Assembly: GCA_965214705.1 (NCBI GenBank)
Contig: CBDCCI010000002.1
Span: 992,001 to 1,056,000, forward strand
Length of the DNA: 64,000 nucleotides
Source of the DNA: Alphaproteobacteria bacterium
Lineage (GTDB): Bacteria > Pseudomonadota > Alphaproteobacteria > UBA828
Direction of reading: 5' to 3'
The first letter of the stretch is position 1; each line of letters begins with the position of its first letter. The notes under the pieces are model-generated. The model did no database searches and was not told the origin of the DNA. It was given only the letters and a program-made list of their open reading frames with translations. Positions 9,525 through 19,488 of the stretch are shown here, piece after piece. The position numbers and the translations under genes were made by a program.

Positions 9525-10808
9525 ATGGCGGCAAAGGCGGCAGCCGAAATGCGCCGGAACCGGGGGTTTCCCCAGGCCAGCCGGCCCTGGGACGACCTCA
9601 AGGCCGAGATGCTGGCGGCGCACGCCGACGACAACCCCTGGTGCCACGAGCGAAGCTTCGCCGCCGCCTACTTCGCGGGCGAGGACCTGTTGCGTTGCGC
9701 GCACGAGGCCTACGACGTCCACCGGGACGAGAACGGCCTCTTCGCCGCGAGCGCCTATCCGAGCCTCGCGGCCTGCGAGCGCGAGCTGATCGCGGGCGTG
9801 CTCGACCTCCTGCACGCGCCGGAGGGCGCCGGCGGCTCCACCACCGCCGGCGGTACGGAAAGCATCCTCATGGCGATGAAGGCCGCGCGGGACTGGGCGC
9901 GGGAGCACCGCCCAGTCGCCGGCGTGCCCGAGGTGGTGGTGCCGAAGACGGCGCACGCCGCCTTCGACAAGGGCGCCGCCTGGCTCGGCATGAAGGTCGG
10001 GCGCATGTCCCGCAGCGAGGACTGGCGCGCCGATGTCGCCGGCATGGCCGCCGCGATTACCGAGAACACGGTCATGATCGCGGGCTCCGCGCCGCCCTAC
10101 CCTTACGGCGAGACCGACCCCATCGAGGAGATCGCGGCGCTCGCCCAGGCACACGATCTCTGGATGCACTCGGACGGCTGCATCGGCGGCATGATCCTGC
10201 CCTTCATGACGATGCTGGGCGAGCCGATCCCGCCGTTCGACTTCACCGTCCCCGGCGTCACCTCGATGTCGGTGGACATGCACAAGTTCGGCTACGCCCA
10301 CAAGGGCATCTCGCTCTGCCTGCTGCGCGACAAGGCACTGGAGCGCTACCACCGCACAACCTTCGACGGCTGGCCCGCCGGCACCTACTCGACGCCCACG
10401 ATTACCGGCACCCGCTCTGGCGGCGGGGTCGCAAGCGCCTGGGCGGTGATGACCACGCTGGGGGAGGAGGGCTACCTCCGCATTTACGAGACCCAGCGGC
10501 GCATCCGCGAGCGGCTGGTGGACGGCATCGGCGCGATCGAGGGGCTTGCCGTGCTCGGCCGCCCGCATGCGCTCCACGTCACGTTCTATGCCGAGGGCTT
10601 CGATATCTTCGCAGTGGAAGAGGGGACGGCGGCGCGCGGCTGGCGCTCGATCCGCATGCGCGAGCCGGATTCCATCCTGCTCTGGCTCAACATGAAGCAC
10701 GCGGAGAGCATCGACGCCTATCTCGCCGACCTTGCCGAGGTCACGGCGGACGTCCGCTCCGGCGGCCTCACCGCGGCGACGCGCGGCGCCTCCAGCTATG
10801 CCACCTGA
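9525..10808 (+). CDS. PLP-dependent group II decarboxylase/lyase, sphingosine-1-phosphate-lyase-like
   Basis: GGAGG RBS before ATG 9525; GGTESILMA, AHAAFDKG, GSAPPYPYG..DPIEEI, HSDGCIGG, SMSVDMHKFGY. Confidence 0.85.
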   Translation: MAAKAAAEMRRNRGFPQASRPWDDLKAEMLAAHADDNPWCHERSFAAAYFAGEDLLRCAHEAYDVHRDENGLFAASAYPSLAACERELIAGVLDLLHAPEGAGGSTTAGGTESILMAMKAARDWAREHRPVAGVPEVVVPKTAHAAFDKGAAWLGMKVGRMSRSEDWRADVAGMAAAITENTVMIAGSAPPYPYGETDPIEEIAALAQAHDLWMHSDGCIGGMILPFMTMLGEPIPPFDFTVPGVTSMSVDMHKFGYAHKGISLCLLRDKALERYHRTTFDGWPAGTYSTPTITGTRSGGGVASAWAVMTTLGEEGYLRIYETQRRIRERLVDGIGAIEGLAVLGRPHALHVTFYAEGFDIFAVEEGTAARGWRSIRMREPDSILLWLNMKHAESIDAYLADLAEVTADVRSGGLTAATRGASSYAT

Positions 10809-10832
10809 TAACGGCCGACGGCGGGGCTGGCC

Positions 10833-11960
10833 GTGAGCCGCACCGTCGACTGCAACTTCGACGGCGGCAACATCCGCTGCCTCGCCCTGCCCAAGACCGG
10901 CCCGATCAGGCTCGAAATCGTGCCCGACGAAGGCGGAGCGTTCTTCCAGTGGTTCTATTTCCGGCTGCGCGGCGCGGCGGGTGAGGACTGCGTGCTCCGG
11001 ATCGAGAACGCCGCCGGCGCCACCTACCCCGAGGGCTGGAAGGGCTACCGGGCCGTTGCGTCGGAGGATGGCGAGGACTGGCTGCGGGTCGCGACCGAGT
11101 ACGACGGCACGGTGCTGACCATCCGGCACCGCCCCGCCGGAGACGAGGTGCGCTTCGCCTACTTCGCGCCTTACCCGATGGCGCGTCATGCGTCGCTTAT
11201 CGCGCGCATCGGGCGTTCGCCCCTGGTCGCCGTGCGCCGGCTCGGCACCACCCTCGACGGCGCGCCGCTCGACCTGCTGGAGATCGGTGGGGCACGGGAG
11301 CGAACCTGCTGGATCATCGGGCGCCAGCATCCGGGCGAGACCATGGCCGAGTGGTGGATGGAGGGGTTTCTCGACGGGCTGCTGGACCCCTTCGACGCCG
11401 CCGCCCGCACGCTGCTGGAGAAGGCGCGCTTCTACGTGGTGCCCAACATGAACCCCGATGGCAGCAGCCGCGGCCATCTCAGGACCAACGCGGCGGGCGT
11501 CAACCTCAACCGCGCCTGGGCCGAGCCCAGCATGAAGGAGAGCCCGGAGGTCTATCTCGTCGGTGCCGAGATGGCGCGCACCGGGGTCGACTTCTGCCTC
11601 GACGTCCACGGCGACGAGGCGCTCCCCTACGCCTTCATCGCCGGGCCCGAGGGCATCCCGTCTTACACGCACGCGCTGGCGCAGAAGCAGGCGCGCTTCC
11701 AAGATGCGCTCGCGGCGGCAAACCCCGACTTCCAGACCGAATACGGCTATCCGCCAACGCCGCCCGGCAAGGCCAACCTCGGCATTTGCGCCAACTACGT
11801 GGCGGAGACCTACGGTTGCCTCGCCATGACCCTGGAGCAGCCCTTCAAGGACGCGGCCAACGCGCCCGATCCCCGCCACGGCTGGTCGCCGGCGCACTGC
11901 CGCAGGCTCGGCCACGGCTGCGTGGAGGCGCTCGCCGCCGTCATCGATACGCTACGCTGA
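10833..11960 (+). CDS. M14 cytosolic carboxypeptidase-like zinc peptidase
   Basis: FDGGN, QWFYF, AYFAPY, RQHPGE, PNMNPDG, NLNR, DVHGDE, TLEQPFKD. Confidence 0.92.
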   Translation: MSRTVDCNFDGGNIRCLALPKTGPIRLEIVPDEGGAFFQWFYFRLRGAAGEDCVLRIENAAGATYPEGWKGYRAVASEDGEDWLRVATEYDGTVLTIRHRPAGDEVRFAYFAPYPMARHASLIARIGRSPLVAVRRLGTTLDGAPLDLLEIGGARERTCWIIGRQHPGETMAEWWMEGFLDGLLDPFDAAARTLLEKARFYVVPNMNPDGSSRGHLRTNAAGVNLNRAWAEPSMKESPEVYLVGAEMARTGVDFCLDVHGDEALPYAFIAGPEGIPSYTHALAQKQARFQDALAAANPDFQTEYGYPPTPPGKANLGICANYVAETYGCLAMTLEQPFKDAANAPDPRHGWSPAHCRRLGHGCVEALAAVIDTLR

Positions 11961-13286
11961 GTCAGCCGGCCGACCAGGCTCCGTGGCGAAGCCTGCGCTC
12001 GGCTTCGCGTCAGGCAGCCGCAGATAGGCGAGGCACGCCACCGCCACCAGGGCGGCGAGGAAGGCGAAGAACGCCTGGTAGGCTGCGGCCGGCGCCGCGC
12101 CGTTCGTCGCAGGAAAGGCGCCGACGATGACGCCGCTCACGCCCTGCAGCACCGCCGGCCCGCCCATGAAGGCGATCGCCATGAGCGCCATACCGCGCCC
12201 GGCGAGCCGGTCGGGCAGGAGCGAGCGCGCGTGGCCCGCGAGGATGATGTTGTACGACCCGCAGGCGCCGACCAGAGCGAGGAGGAGGATCACCGCCCAG
12301 GTGGGCAGAGCCGGCAGCGCGGCGAGCAATCCCAAGGCCGCGACGACGACGACGGCAAGGACGAGAATGAGCCACTTGCGCATGTCCAGCCGGCGCTCCA
12401 GGGGGCCGAGCACGAGGTTCGCCACGATCAGCGTGGCAGCCATCACGAGGAGCGCGTTGCCGGCTTCCACCGGCTCGAGACCGTGCCGGTCCGCGAGAAA
12501 GGGCCCGCCCCAGAGGCCGAGGACGGTGATGACCACGGGATAGGACGCAAATCCCATCAGGATGAGCGTGGGGAAGCCCGGCGTCGCCAGCGCAGCGGGG
12601 ACGCCGCGCAGGCTCTCGCGAATCCCCTCCGCCGGCGCCGCGCCACCCGGGTCGGCCGACGGGCGGTCGCGGGCCATCGCGTAGATGGCGATGGCGCCCG
12701 CCGCCGTCAGCCCTGCCGCGCCCCAAAACGCCACGCGCCAGCCGAGGGTCTCCGCAATGGCGGCGAGCGGCGTGGTGGAGAGCAGCCCGCCGGCGCCGCC
12801 AATGGCGATCATCCGCCCCATCCAGGTGCTGAAGGAGGCGGCGGGCGCCCACTGGCCGAAGAGAAAGAGCGAGCCCATCAGCACCACCGAGCAGCCGATG
12901 CCGAGTAGCAGCCGGCCCGCGATCAGCATCGCCTCGCCGTCCGCAAGGCCGTAAAGGATCGAGCCCGCAATCGCGGCGGTGAGCACCACCGGCGCCGTGC
13001 GCCTAGCGCCGAAGCGATCGAACAGCATGCCCACGGGGATCTGCGCCGCGCCGAAGGAGAGGAAGAACATGCCGGTGAGCAGGCCGAGGGCCTCCGGCGA
13101 AAGACCGAACTCGGCGCTCAGCGTCTTGGCGATGACGGCATTGGAGGCGCGGAAGAACTGGCTCAGCACGAACACCGCGCCGAAGCAGACGACGACCGCG
13201 ACCAGCGGATGCAGCAGGCCGGGACGCGCGTCGCCGCTCCCTTGCGGGTTGTCAGTCGGCGAGCGCACCGATCCCCCAGCCGGCAA
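11952..13286 (-). CDS. MFS transporter (start uncertain)
   Basis: About 12 hydrophobic segments; GMLFDRFGARR MFS motif A. Confidence 0.88.
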   Translation of the reverse strand: MPAGGSVRSPTDNPQGSGDARPGLLHPLVAVVVCFGAVFVLSQFFRASNAVIAKTLSAEFGLSPEALGLLTGMFFLSFGAAQIPVGMLFDRFGARRTAPVVLTAAIAGSILYGLADGEAMLIAGRLLLGIGCSVVLMGSLFLFGQWAPAASFSTWMGRMIAIGGAGGLLSTTPLAAIAETLGWRVAFWGAAGLTAAGAIAIYAMARDRPSADPGGAAPAEGIRESLRGVPAALATPGFPTLILMGFASYPVVITVLGLWGGPFLADRHGLEPVEAGNALLVMAATLIVANLVLGPLERRLDMRKWLILVLAVVVVAALGLLAALPALPTWAVILLLALVGACGSYNIILAGHARSLLPDRLAGRGMALMAIAFMGGPAVLQGVSGVIVGAFPATNGAAPAAAYQAFFAFLAALVAVACLAYLRLPDAKPSAGFATEPGRPADSA

Positions 13287-14484
13287 GCGCGCCCAGGATC
13301 ACCACGGCCCAGGGCGGCACCTTCCAGAACGCGAGCAGCACGAAGGCGGCGAGCCCGAGCGCGAGGTCGGCGGGCGTGCGCACGCCGCCGGTCCAGATCG
13401 GGTCGTAGAAGGCGGCGCCGAGCAGGCCCACCACTGCCGCGTTGACGCCGAGCATCGCGCGTTCCGCCAGCGCGATGCGCCGCAGCCGCTCCCAGAAGGG
13501 GAGTGCGCCCACCACCAGGAGGAACGACGGCAGGAAGACCGCCGCGAGGCAGAGCAGCCCGCCCAGCACGCCGCCCGGCCCGATGCCGGCGACGGCGCCG
13601 AGATAGGCGGCGAAGGTGAAGAGTGGCCCCGGCACCGCCTGGGCCGCGCCGTAGCCGGCGATGAAGGTCTCGTTCGCGACCCAACCGGGCGGCACCACCT
13701 CCGCCTGCAGCAGCGGCAGCAGCACGTGGCCGCCGCCGAAGACCAGCGAGGCGGAGCGGTAGAAGCCGTCCACCAGCCGGAGCGTCTCCGCCGGCCAGGC
13801 GGCGGCGAGGATCGGAAGCGCAACCAGCAGCGCGAGGAAAAGCGCGAGCAGCAGCACCGCCAAGCGCCGGTCCACGGCGATGCCGAGCGAGGCGTCACGG
13901 TCGCCGGCGGCCGGGCGCAGGACAGCCAAGCCGGCGAGCGCACCGGCGGCGATGATCGCGACGTGCGTCACCACCGAGGGCGCCAGCACCGCGGCGATGG
14001 CGGCGAGCACCGCCACCGTGGCACGCGGCGCATCCGGGCAGAGGGTGCGCGCCATGCCCCAGACGGCCTGCGCCACCACCGCTGCGGCGACGACCTTCAG
14101 CCCCTGCAGGGCACCGGCGGGGATCGCCTCCTCGTAGGCCGCGACACCGTAGCCGAAGGCCACCATGAGCACCGCCGAGGGCAGCGTGAAGCCGACCCAC
14201 GCCGCGGCAGCGCCGGGGAGCCCCGCCTTCGCGAGCCCGATGCCGATCCCCACCTGACTGGAGGTCGGCCCCGGCAGCATCTGGCAGAGCGCGACGAGGT
14301 CGGCGTAGGCGCGGTCTTCGATCCAGCGCCGGCGCGCGACGAAGGCCTCGCGGAAGTAGCCGATATGGGCCACCGGCCCGCCGAACGAGGTCAGCCCCAG
14401 CAGGAGAAAGGCCATGAAGACCCGCGTAGTCGGCTCGCGCCCCGCGCCGCTCCCGCCGCCTCCACCGTTCCCGCCCTCGCTCAT
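13252..14484 (-). CDS. chrA: Chromate efflux transporter (CHR family)
   Basis: LGLTSFGGPVAH, CQMLPGPTSSQVG, LVFGGGHV, AQAVPGPLFTFAAYLG; start taken at ATG 14484. Confidence 0.92.
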   Translation of the reverse strand: MSEGGNGGGGGSGAGREPTTRVFMAFLLLGLTSFGGPVAHIGYFREAFVARRRWIEDRAYADLVALCQMLPGPTSSQVGIGIGLAKAGLPGAAAAWVGFTLPSAVLMVAFGYGVAAYEEAIPAGALQGLKVVAAAVVAQAVWGMARTLCPDAPRATVAVLAAIAAVLAPSVVTHVAIIAAGALAGLAVLRPAAGDRDASLGIAVDRRLAVLLLALFLALLVALPILAAAWPAETLRLVDGFYRSASLVFGGGHVLLPLLQAEVVPPGWVANETFIAGYGAAQAVPGPLFTFAAYLGAVAGIGPGGVLGGLLCLAAVFLPSFLLVVGALPFWERLRRIALAERAMLGVNAAVVGLLGAAFYDPIWTGGVRTPADLALGLAAFVLLAFWKVPPWAVVILGALAGWGIGALAD

Positions 14485-14618
14485 GGAAACCGGAAATACG
14501 CCAATTCGCTGGTGCTGACACGTGAAGCTACCGCCTCGGGCCGGACGCGCCCTCAAACTTTGCCGGGCCGGGTGATACGCTCCGCGCAGCGGACGACGCG
14601 GCGGCAGAAAGGCAGCTC

Positions 14619-15290
14619 ATGACAGGCGAAGACGTGCAGGTCGCCCCTTTCGAGGCGGCGCACTGGGACCTCGTGCCGGGGCGGACGGCGCTCGTCGTCA
14701 TCGACGCGCAGAACGATTTTCTGCACGCGGACGGCTGGTATTCTGTGCAGGGCATCGACATCGGCCACATGCAGCGCTGCATCGAGCCGCTGAAGGCGCT
14801 GCTCTTGGCCGCGCGCGCGAAGGGCATCCCCATCGTCTGGACCCGCCACGGCATCCGGGGTGCCGAGGACGGCGGGCCGTTCATGCAGCTCCGCCCCTTC
14901 CTCAAGGACGGCGGGCTCAGGCGCGAGACCTGGGGCTGGGAGGTGCTGGCCGACCTGGAGCCCCAGCCCGAGGACTGGTATGTGGCGAAGACGCGGCTCA
15001 GCGCCTTCTACGGCACGGACCTGGAAGTGGTATTGCGGGGGCTCGGGGCGGAGACGGTGCTGATGACGGGCGTGCTCACCAATCAATGCGTCGCGGCGAC
15101 CTCGAAGGACGCGATGTTCCGCGACTTCAAGCCCATCGTGATCGAGGAGTGCACGGGGACGACAATGCCGCATCTGCATGAGCCGGCGATCGAGATGATG
15201 CGGGTCGGCTGGGCCGAGGTCCGCGATCTGGAGGCCGCGCTAAGCGAGATCAGGCAAATGGCGCCTGCCCGCATGGAGGACCCCCGGTAA
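14619..15290 (+). CDS. Isochorismatase-family cysteine hydrolase
   Basis: ALVVIDAQNDF, K.RLSAFYGT.L, GVLTNQCV (Asp-Lys-Cys triad); stop overlaps next ATG (TAATG). Confidence 0.9.
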   Translation: MTGEDVQVAPFEAAHWDLVPGRTALVVIDAQNDFLHADGWYSVQGIDIGHMQRCIEPLKALLLAARAKGIPIVWTRHGIRGAEDGGPFMQLRPFLKDGGLRRETWGWEVLADLEPQPEDWYVAKTRLSAFYGTDLEVVLRGLGAETVLMTGVLTNQCVAATSKDAMFRDFKPIVIEECTGTTMPHLHEPAIEMMRVGWAEVRDLEAALSEIRQMAPARMEDPR

Positions 15291-17737
15291 TGGCTCAGGA
15301 TCTTCCCCGTTCGGCCCGTGTCGTCATCGTCGGCGGCGGGGTGGTGGGCTGCTCCGTCGCCTATCACCTGGCGCGCGCGGGCGTGAACGATGTGATGCTG
15401 CTGGAGCGCCGCGAGCTTACCTGCGGCACCACCTGGCACGCCGCCGGCCTCATCGGCCAGCTGCGCCCGTCCAAGCGCATGACCGAGCTCGCCAAGTACA
15501 CGGCCGAGCTCTACACCGGTCTCGAGGCGGAGACCGGCCAGGCGACCGGCTTCAAGCAGAACGGCTCGATCTCGCTCGCCACTCACGCGGGCCGGATGGA
15601 GGAGCTGAAGCGCAGCGCCTCGATGGCCAAGGTGTTCGATCTCCGCGTCGACGTGCTCGGCCCGGACGAGATCAAGGAGCGCTACCCGCTCATCACCGTC
15701 GACGACGTGGTGGGCGGGATCTTCATCCCCTCCGACGGCCAGACCAACCCCATCGATGTGAGCCGCGCGCTCGCCATGGGGGCGCGGGACGGCGGGGTGC
15801 TGGTCCGCGAGAACGTGCCTGTCACCGCCATCCGCCACGACGGCGAACGGGTCACGGGCGTCGAGACGCCGGGAGGCCCGATCGCGGCGGAGACCGTGGT
15901 GCTGTCGGCCGGCATGTGGACCCGCGAGCTCGCGGCCACCATCGGCGTCCACGTGCCGCTGCACGCCTGCGAGCACTTCTACATCATGACCGATCCGTTC
16001 GAGGGCGTGACGCCGGACCTGCCCGTACTGCGCGATTACGACGGCTGCGCCTACTACAAGGAGGACGCCGGCAAGATCCTGCTCGGCGCCTTCGAGCCCG
16101 ACGCCAAGCCCTGGGGCATGGACGGCATCCCCGAGGACTTCTGCTTCGACCAGCTGCCGGACGACTTCGAGCACTTCGAGCCGGTGCTGATGCACGCGCT
16201 GAAGCGGATGCCGGCGCTGGCGGACGCCGGCATCCAGACCTTCTTTTGCGGGCCCGAGAGCTTCACGCCGGACGACCGCTACCACCTCGGCGAGGCGCCG
16301 GGGCTCTCGGGCTGCTACATCGCGGCCGGGTTCAACTCCATCGGCATCCAGTCCGCCGGCGGCGCAGGCAAGGTGCTGGCCGAGTGCATCAAGACCGGCC
16401 GGCCGCTCCTCGACATGTGGGACGTAGACATCCGCCGCAACCTGCCCTTCCAGACCAACCGGCGCTATCTGCGCGAGCGGGTGAGCGAGACCCTGGGCCT
16501 GCTCTACGACGACCACTGGCCCTTCCGCCAATTCGCGACCGCGCGGGGGGTGCGCCGCTCGCCCTTCCACGACCGCCTCGCGGCGCGCGGCGCCTGCCAC
16601 GGCGAGGCCTTCGGCTGGGAGCGGCCCAATTGGTACGCGGCGGAAGGCATGGAGCCCCGCTACGAATACAGCTTCGGCCGGCAAAACTGGTTCGAAGCAA
16701 GCGCCGCGGAGCACCGCGCAGTACGGAAGGGCGTGGGCCTCTTCGATCAGACCTCGTTCGCCAAGTTCCGCCTCCAGGGCCGCGATGCTGCGCAGGTCTT
16801 GGGGCGGGTTTGCGCCAACGAGGTGGGCGTGCCGCCGGGCCGCATCGTCTATACCCAGTGGCTCAACGACGTGGGCGGCATCGAGGCCGACCTCACCGTG
16901 ACGCGGCTTGCCGAGGACGATTACCTGATCGTGACCTCGGGCGAGTTCCAGGTGCGGGACGCGCTCTGGCTCCAGCGCCACACGCCGGATGCCGCGCACG
17001 CGGTGCTCACCGACGTGACTTCGGGCCTCGCAGTGCTCGGCGTCATGGGCCCGCTGGCGCGAGACCTGCTGCAGTCGCTGAGCCCCGACGACCTCGGCAA
17101 CGAATCCTTCCCCTTCGGCACCAGCCGCGAGATCGAGCTTGGCCTGGGGTACGCGCGCGCCTCGCGCATCACCTACGTGGGCGAGCTCGGTTGGGAGCTC
17201 TACATCCCCACCGAGTTTGCCACCGGCGTCTACGACGTGCTGGTCGAGGCGGGGGAGGACGTAGGGCTCCGCCACGTCGGCATGCACGCCATGAACTCGC
17301 TCAGGATCGAGAAGGCTTACCGCCACTACGGCCACGACATTAGCGACGCCGACACGCCGCTGGAGGCGGGCCTCGGCTTCGCGGTCAAGCTCGACAAGCC
17401 CGAGCCCTTCATCGGACGCGACGCGCTGCAGCGCCAGCGGGAACAAGGCGTGCGCCAGCGGCTGGTCCAGTTCCTGCTCGAAGACCCGGAGCCGCTGCTC
17501 TACCACAACGAGCCCATCTGGCGGGACGATGCGATCTGCGGCTATGTGCGCTCAGGGATGTACGGCCACACCCTCGGCGGTGCCGTCGGCCTCGGCTACG
17601 TGGAGAATGCGGCGGGCGTCGACGCCAACTACGTGACCGCCGGCCGCTACGAGATCGAGGTCGCGGGCGTCCGCTACCCGGCCAAGGCCTCCCTCCGCCC
17701 CCTCTACGACCCCACGTCCAGCCGCATCAAGGCCTAG
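15290..17737 (+). CDS. FAD-dependent oxidoreductase with GcvT domain (sarcosine/dimethylglycine dehydrogenase-like)
   Basis: VVIVGGGVVGCS, GTTWHAAG, GPESFTPD, GWERPNW, YVGELGWEL, SLRIEKAY. Confidence 0.93.
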   Translation: MAQDLPRSARVVIVGGGVVGCSVAYHLARAGVNDVMLLERRELTCGTTWHAAGLIGQLRPSKRMTELAKYTAELYTGLEAETGQATGFKQNGSISLATHAGRMEELKRSASMAKVFDLRVDVLGPDEIKERYPLITVDDVVGGIFIPSDGQTNPIDVSRALAMGARDGGVLVRENVPVTAIRHDGERVTGVETPGGPIAAETVVLSAGMWTRELAATIGVHVPLHACEHFYIMTDPFEGVTPDLPVLRDYDGCAYYKEDAGKILLGAFEPDAKPWGMDGIPEDFCFDQLPDDFEHFEPVLMHALKRMPALADAGIQTFFCGPESFTPDDRYHLGEAPGLSGCYIAAGFNSIGIQSAGGAGKVLAECIKTGRPLLDMWDVDIRRNLPFQTNRRYLRERVSETLGLLYDDHWPFRQFATARGVRRSPFHDRLAARGACHGEAFGWERPNWYAAEGMEPRYEYSFGRQNWFEASAAEHRAVRKGVGLFDQTSFAKFRLQGRDAAQVLGRVCANEVGVPPGRIVYTQWLNDVGGIEADLTVTRLAEDDYLIVTSGEFQVRDALWLQRHTPDAAHAVLTDVTSGLAVLGVMGPLARDLLQSLSPDDLGNESFPFGTSREIELGLGYARASRITYVGELGWELYIPTEFATGVYDVLVEAGEDVGLRHVGMHAMNSLRIEKAYRHYGHDISDADTPLEAGLGFAVKLDKPEPFIGRDALQRQREQGVRQRLVQFLLEDPEPLLYHNEPIWRDDAICGYVRSGMYGHTLGGAVGLGYVENAAGVDANYVTAGRYEIEVAGVRYPAKASLRPLYDPTSSRIKA

Positions 17738-17758
17738 CCCGGATTATTCATGGCAGGT

Positions 17759-19092
17759 CACTAGTGTCCCAACGTTAGCGGAATAAGTTCAATTGGTTAG
17801 GGTGGTCTAGTTGGCCGATTTGCAGGCCCTCTGGGTCAAACAGTTGATAGAGAGGCGTTTTCTCGAACACCGTAAGGCTCAGGATCTGTAGAATTGTGTA
17901 GAGGCTCTGCTCCAGCTTCAGCCGCTTGCGGATGATGGCGACCAGGACATAGACCGACACCGCGATCCAGATCTGGGTCTTCACCGCGTTCTCCGAGGTG
18001 CCGAAGAAGGACTTGATCCGGAGGTGCTGCTTGATCCATTTGAAGAACAACTCGATGTGCCAGCGGGCACGGTAGAGTTCGGCGATCGTCAGAGCCGGCA
18101 GAACAAAGTTGTTGGTGAGGAAGACGAGGGTTTTGTCGCGCTCGGCATCTCGGTACCGGATCCGCCGTAGCTTGTCGGGATAATCGGTCGCGCTGTTGAC
18201 GCCGCTTGGCCGTACGACCTGATCGCAGATGAGACCGCGGGTGCGATCGACAGGGCGGGAGTAGAGGCGGCGGAGCTTGGTGTTGGATTTCGCGCGCAGG
18301 ACAAAGAAGCTGCCACTGTGATGCAGGTGATGGAGACGGCTGAAGTCGAGGTAGGCCCGGTCCATGATATAGAAGGCTCCGGCCTCCGGCAGCAGCATGT
18401 CCATCACATTGACGTCGTGGAGTTTTCCGTCGGAGATGTGGATGAAGGCGGGGATGTGGCCGTGCAGGTCGAGCAGGGTGTGGAGCTTGACGGCGCCCTT
18501 TGTCTTGCGGAACGGAGCCCACGGGAACAGCGACAGGCAGAGGTCGATTGTCGAGGAGTCGAGGGCATAGACGGTGTTATCAAGATCAAGGCCGAGCGTA
18601 TTGTCGTCGGCGTAGAGGTTTCGGGCGATGTGGATGAGATGTTGAGCGAAGTCGGCGTAGATCTGCCATTCGCGAACGGCGTTGGCATTGGCGAGGGTGT
18701 TGCGCGAGACCCTGCCACGGATCCCCATGTGATAGAGCTTTGTGGGTTGAACGCGCAGGCAGGTCTCGATGTCGCGCAAGCTGGCCCGATAAGTGAGCTG
18801 AGCGAAGGCCATGCATCGGTACTGATCCGCGCAGGTGAACGACTTGATCTTGCGGTTTCCGTTGTAACGGGCCACGCAGCGACGGAAACTGTGCCAGGGT
18901 AGGTGATCCACGATTTGCGCGAAGACCAGCTTGCCAGAATACATCCGCCATCCTCTCCTGATACATGTTGGACAGGAAAAGCGTGCCGAACCGGCGCTAC
19001 GGTCTCAAGTCGGTGACTCCCTTGAACAGGATTTCTCGAACGAATATCAATCTGTTAACCGCACCAGCTTCGAAAACGTTGGGACACTAGTG
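17759..19092 (-). mobile_element. IS4-family element inserted just inside the IS1380 left end
   Basis: Perfect 18-bp TIRs CACTAGTGTCCCAACGTT; 9-bp duplication ATGGCAGGT at 17750-17758 and 19093-19101. Confidence 0.95.
17775..18944 (-). CDS. IS4-family transposase (DUF4372-type N-terminus plus DDE domain)
   Basis: MYSGKLVFAQ start, ALDSSTIDL, MDRAYLDF, YRARWHIELFFKWIKQHL (YREK motif). Confidence 0.95.
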   Translation of the reverse strand: MYSGKLVFAQIVDHLPWHSFRRCVARYNGNRKIKSFTCADQYRCMAFAQLTYRASLRDIETCLRVQPTKLYHMGIRGRVSRNTLANANAVREWQIYADFAQHLIHIARNLYADDNTLGLDLDNTVYALDSSTIDLCLSLFPWAPFRKTKGAVKLHTLLDLHGHIPAFIHISDGKLHDVNVMDMLLPEAGAFYIMDRAYLDFSRLHHLHHSGSFFVLRAKSNTKLRRLYSRPVDRTRGLICDQVVRPSGVNSATDYPDKLRRIRYRDAERDKTLVFLTNNFVLPALTIAELYRARWHIELFFKWIKQHLRIKSFFGTSENAVKTQIWIAVSVYVLVAIIRKRLKLEQSLYTILQILSLTVFEKTPLYQLFDPEGLQIGQLDHPNQLNLFR

Positions 19093-19488
19093 ATGGCAGG
19101 TCTGATTTTGGGGTGGCGAACGTAGCGTAAGCCGTTGCCATCGGGTAGGAATTCGTTGTCCGAGCGTCTTCCTCTCCGAGCCACGCCACGCCACGCCCGC
19201 CATGACCGACGATAGCCTTCTCCCCTTCGATCTGCCAGCCGTCGCGCGCAAGAAGGTGAGCGCCGCCTTCGACGGCGGCCTGATCTCGTCTGACGGCGGC
19301 CTCGTCCTGCTGCGCGAAGCGGAACGCCGCTTGCGTCTCGCCGAGACCCTGGCGGGCTGCATCCGGGACCGGCGCAATCAGGCGCAGGTGATCCACTCGC
19401 TCTCGGCCATGCTCCGCTTTCGCATGTTGGCCATCGCCTGCGGGTACGAGGACGCCGACGACTGCGACACGCTGCGCGCGGACCCTCT

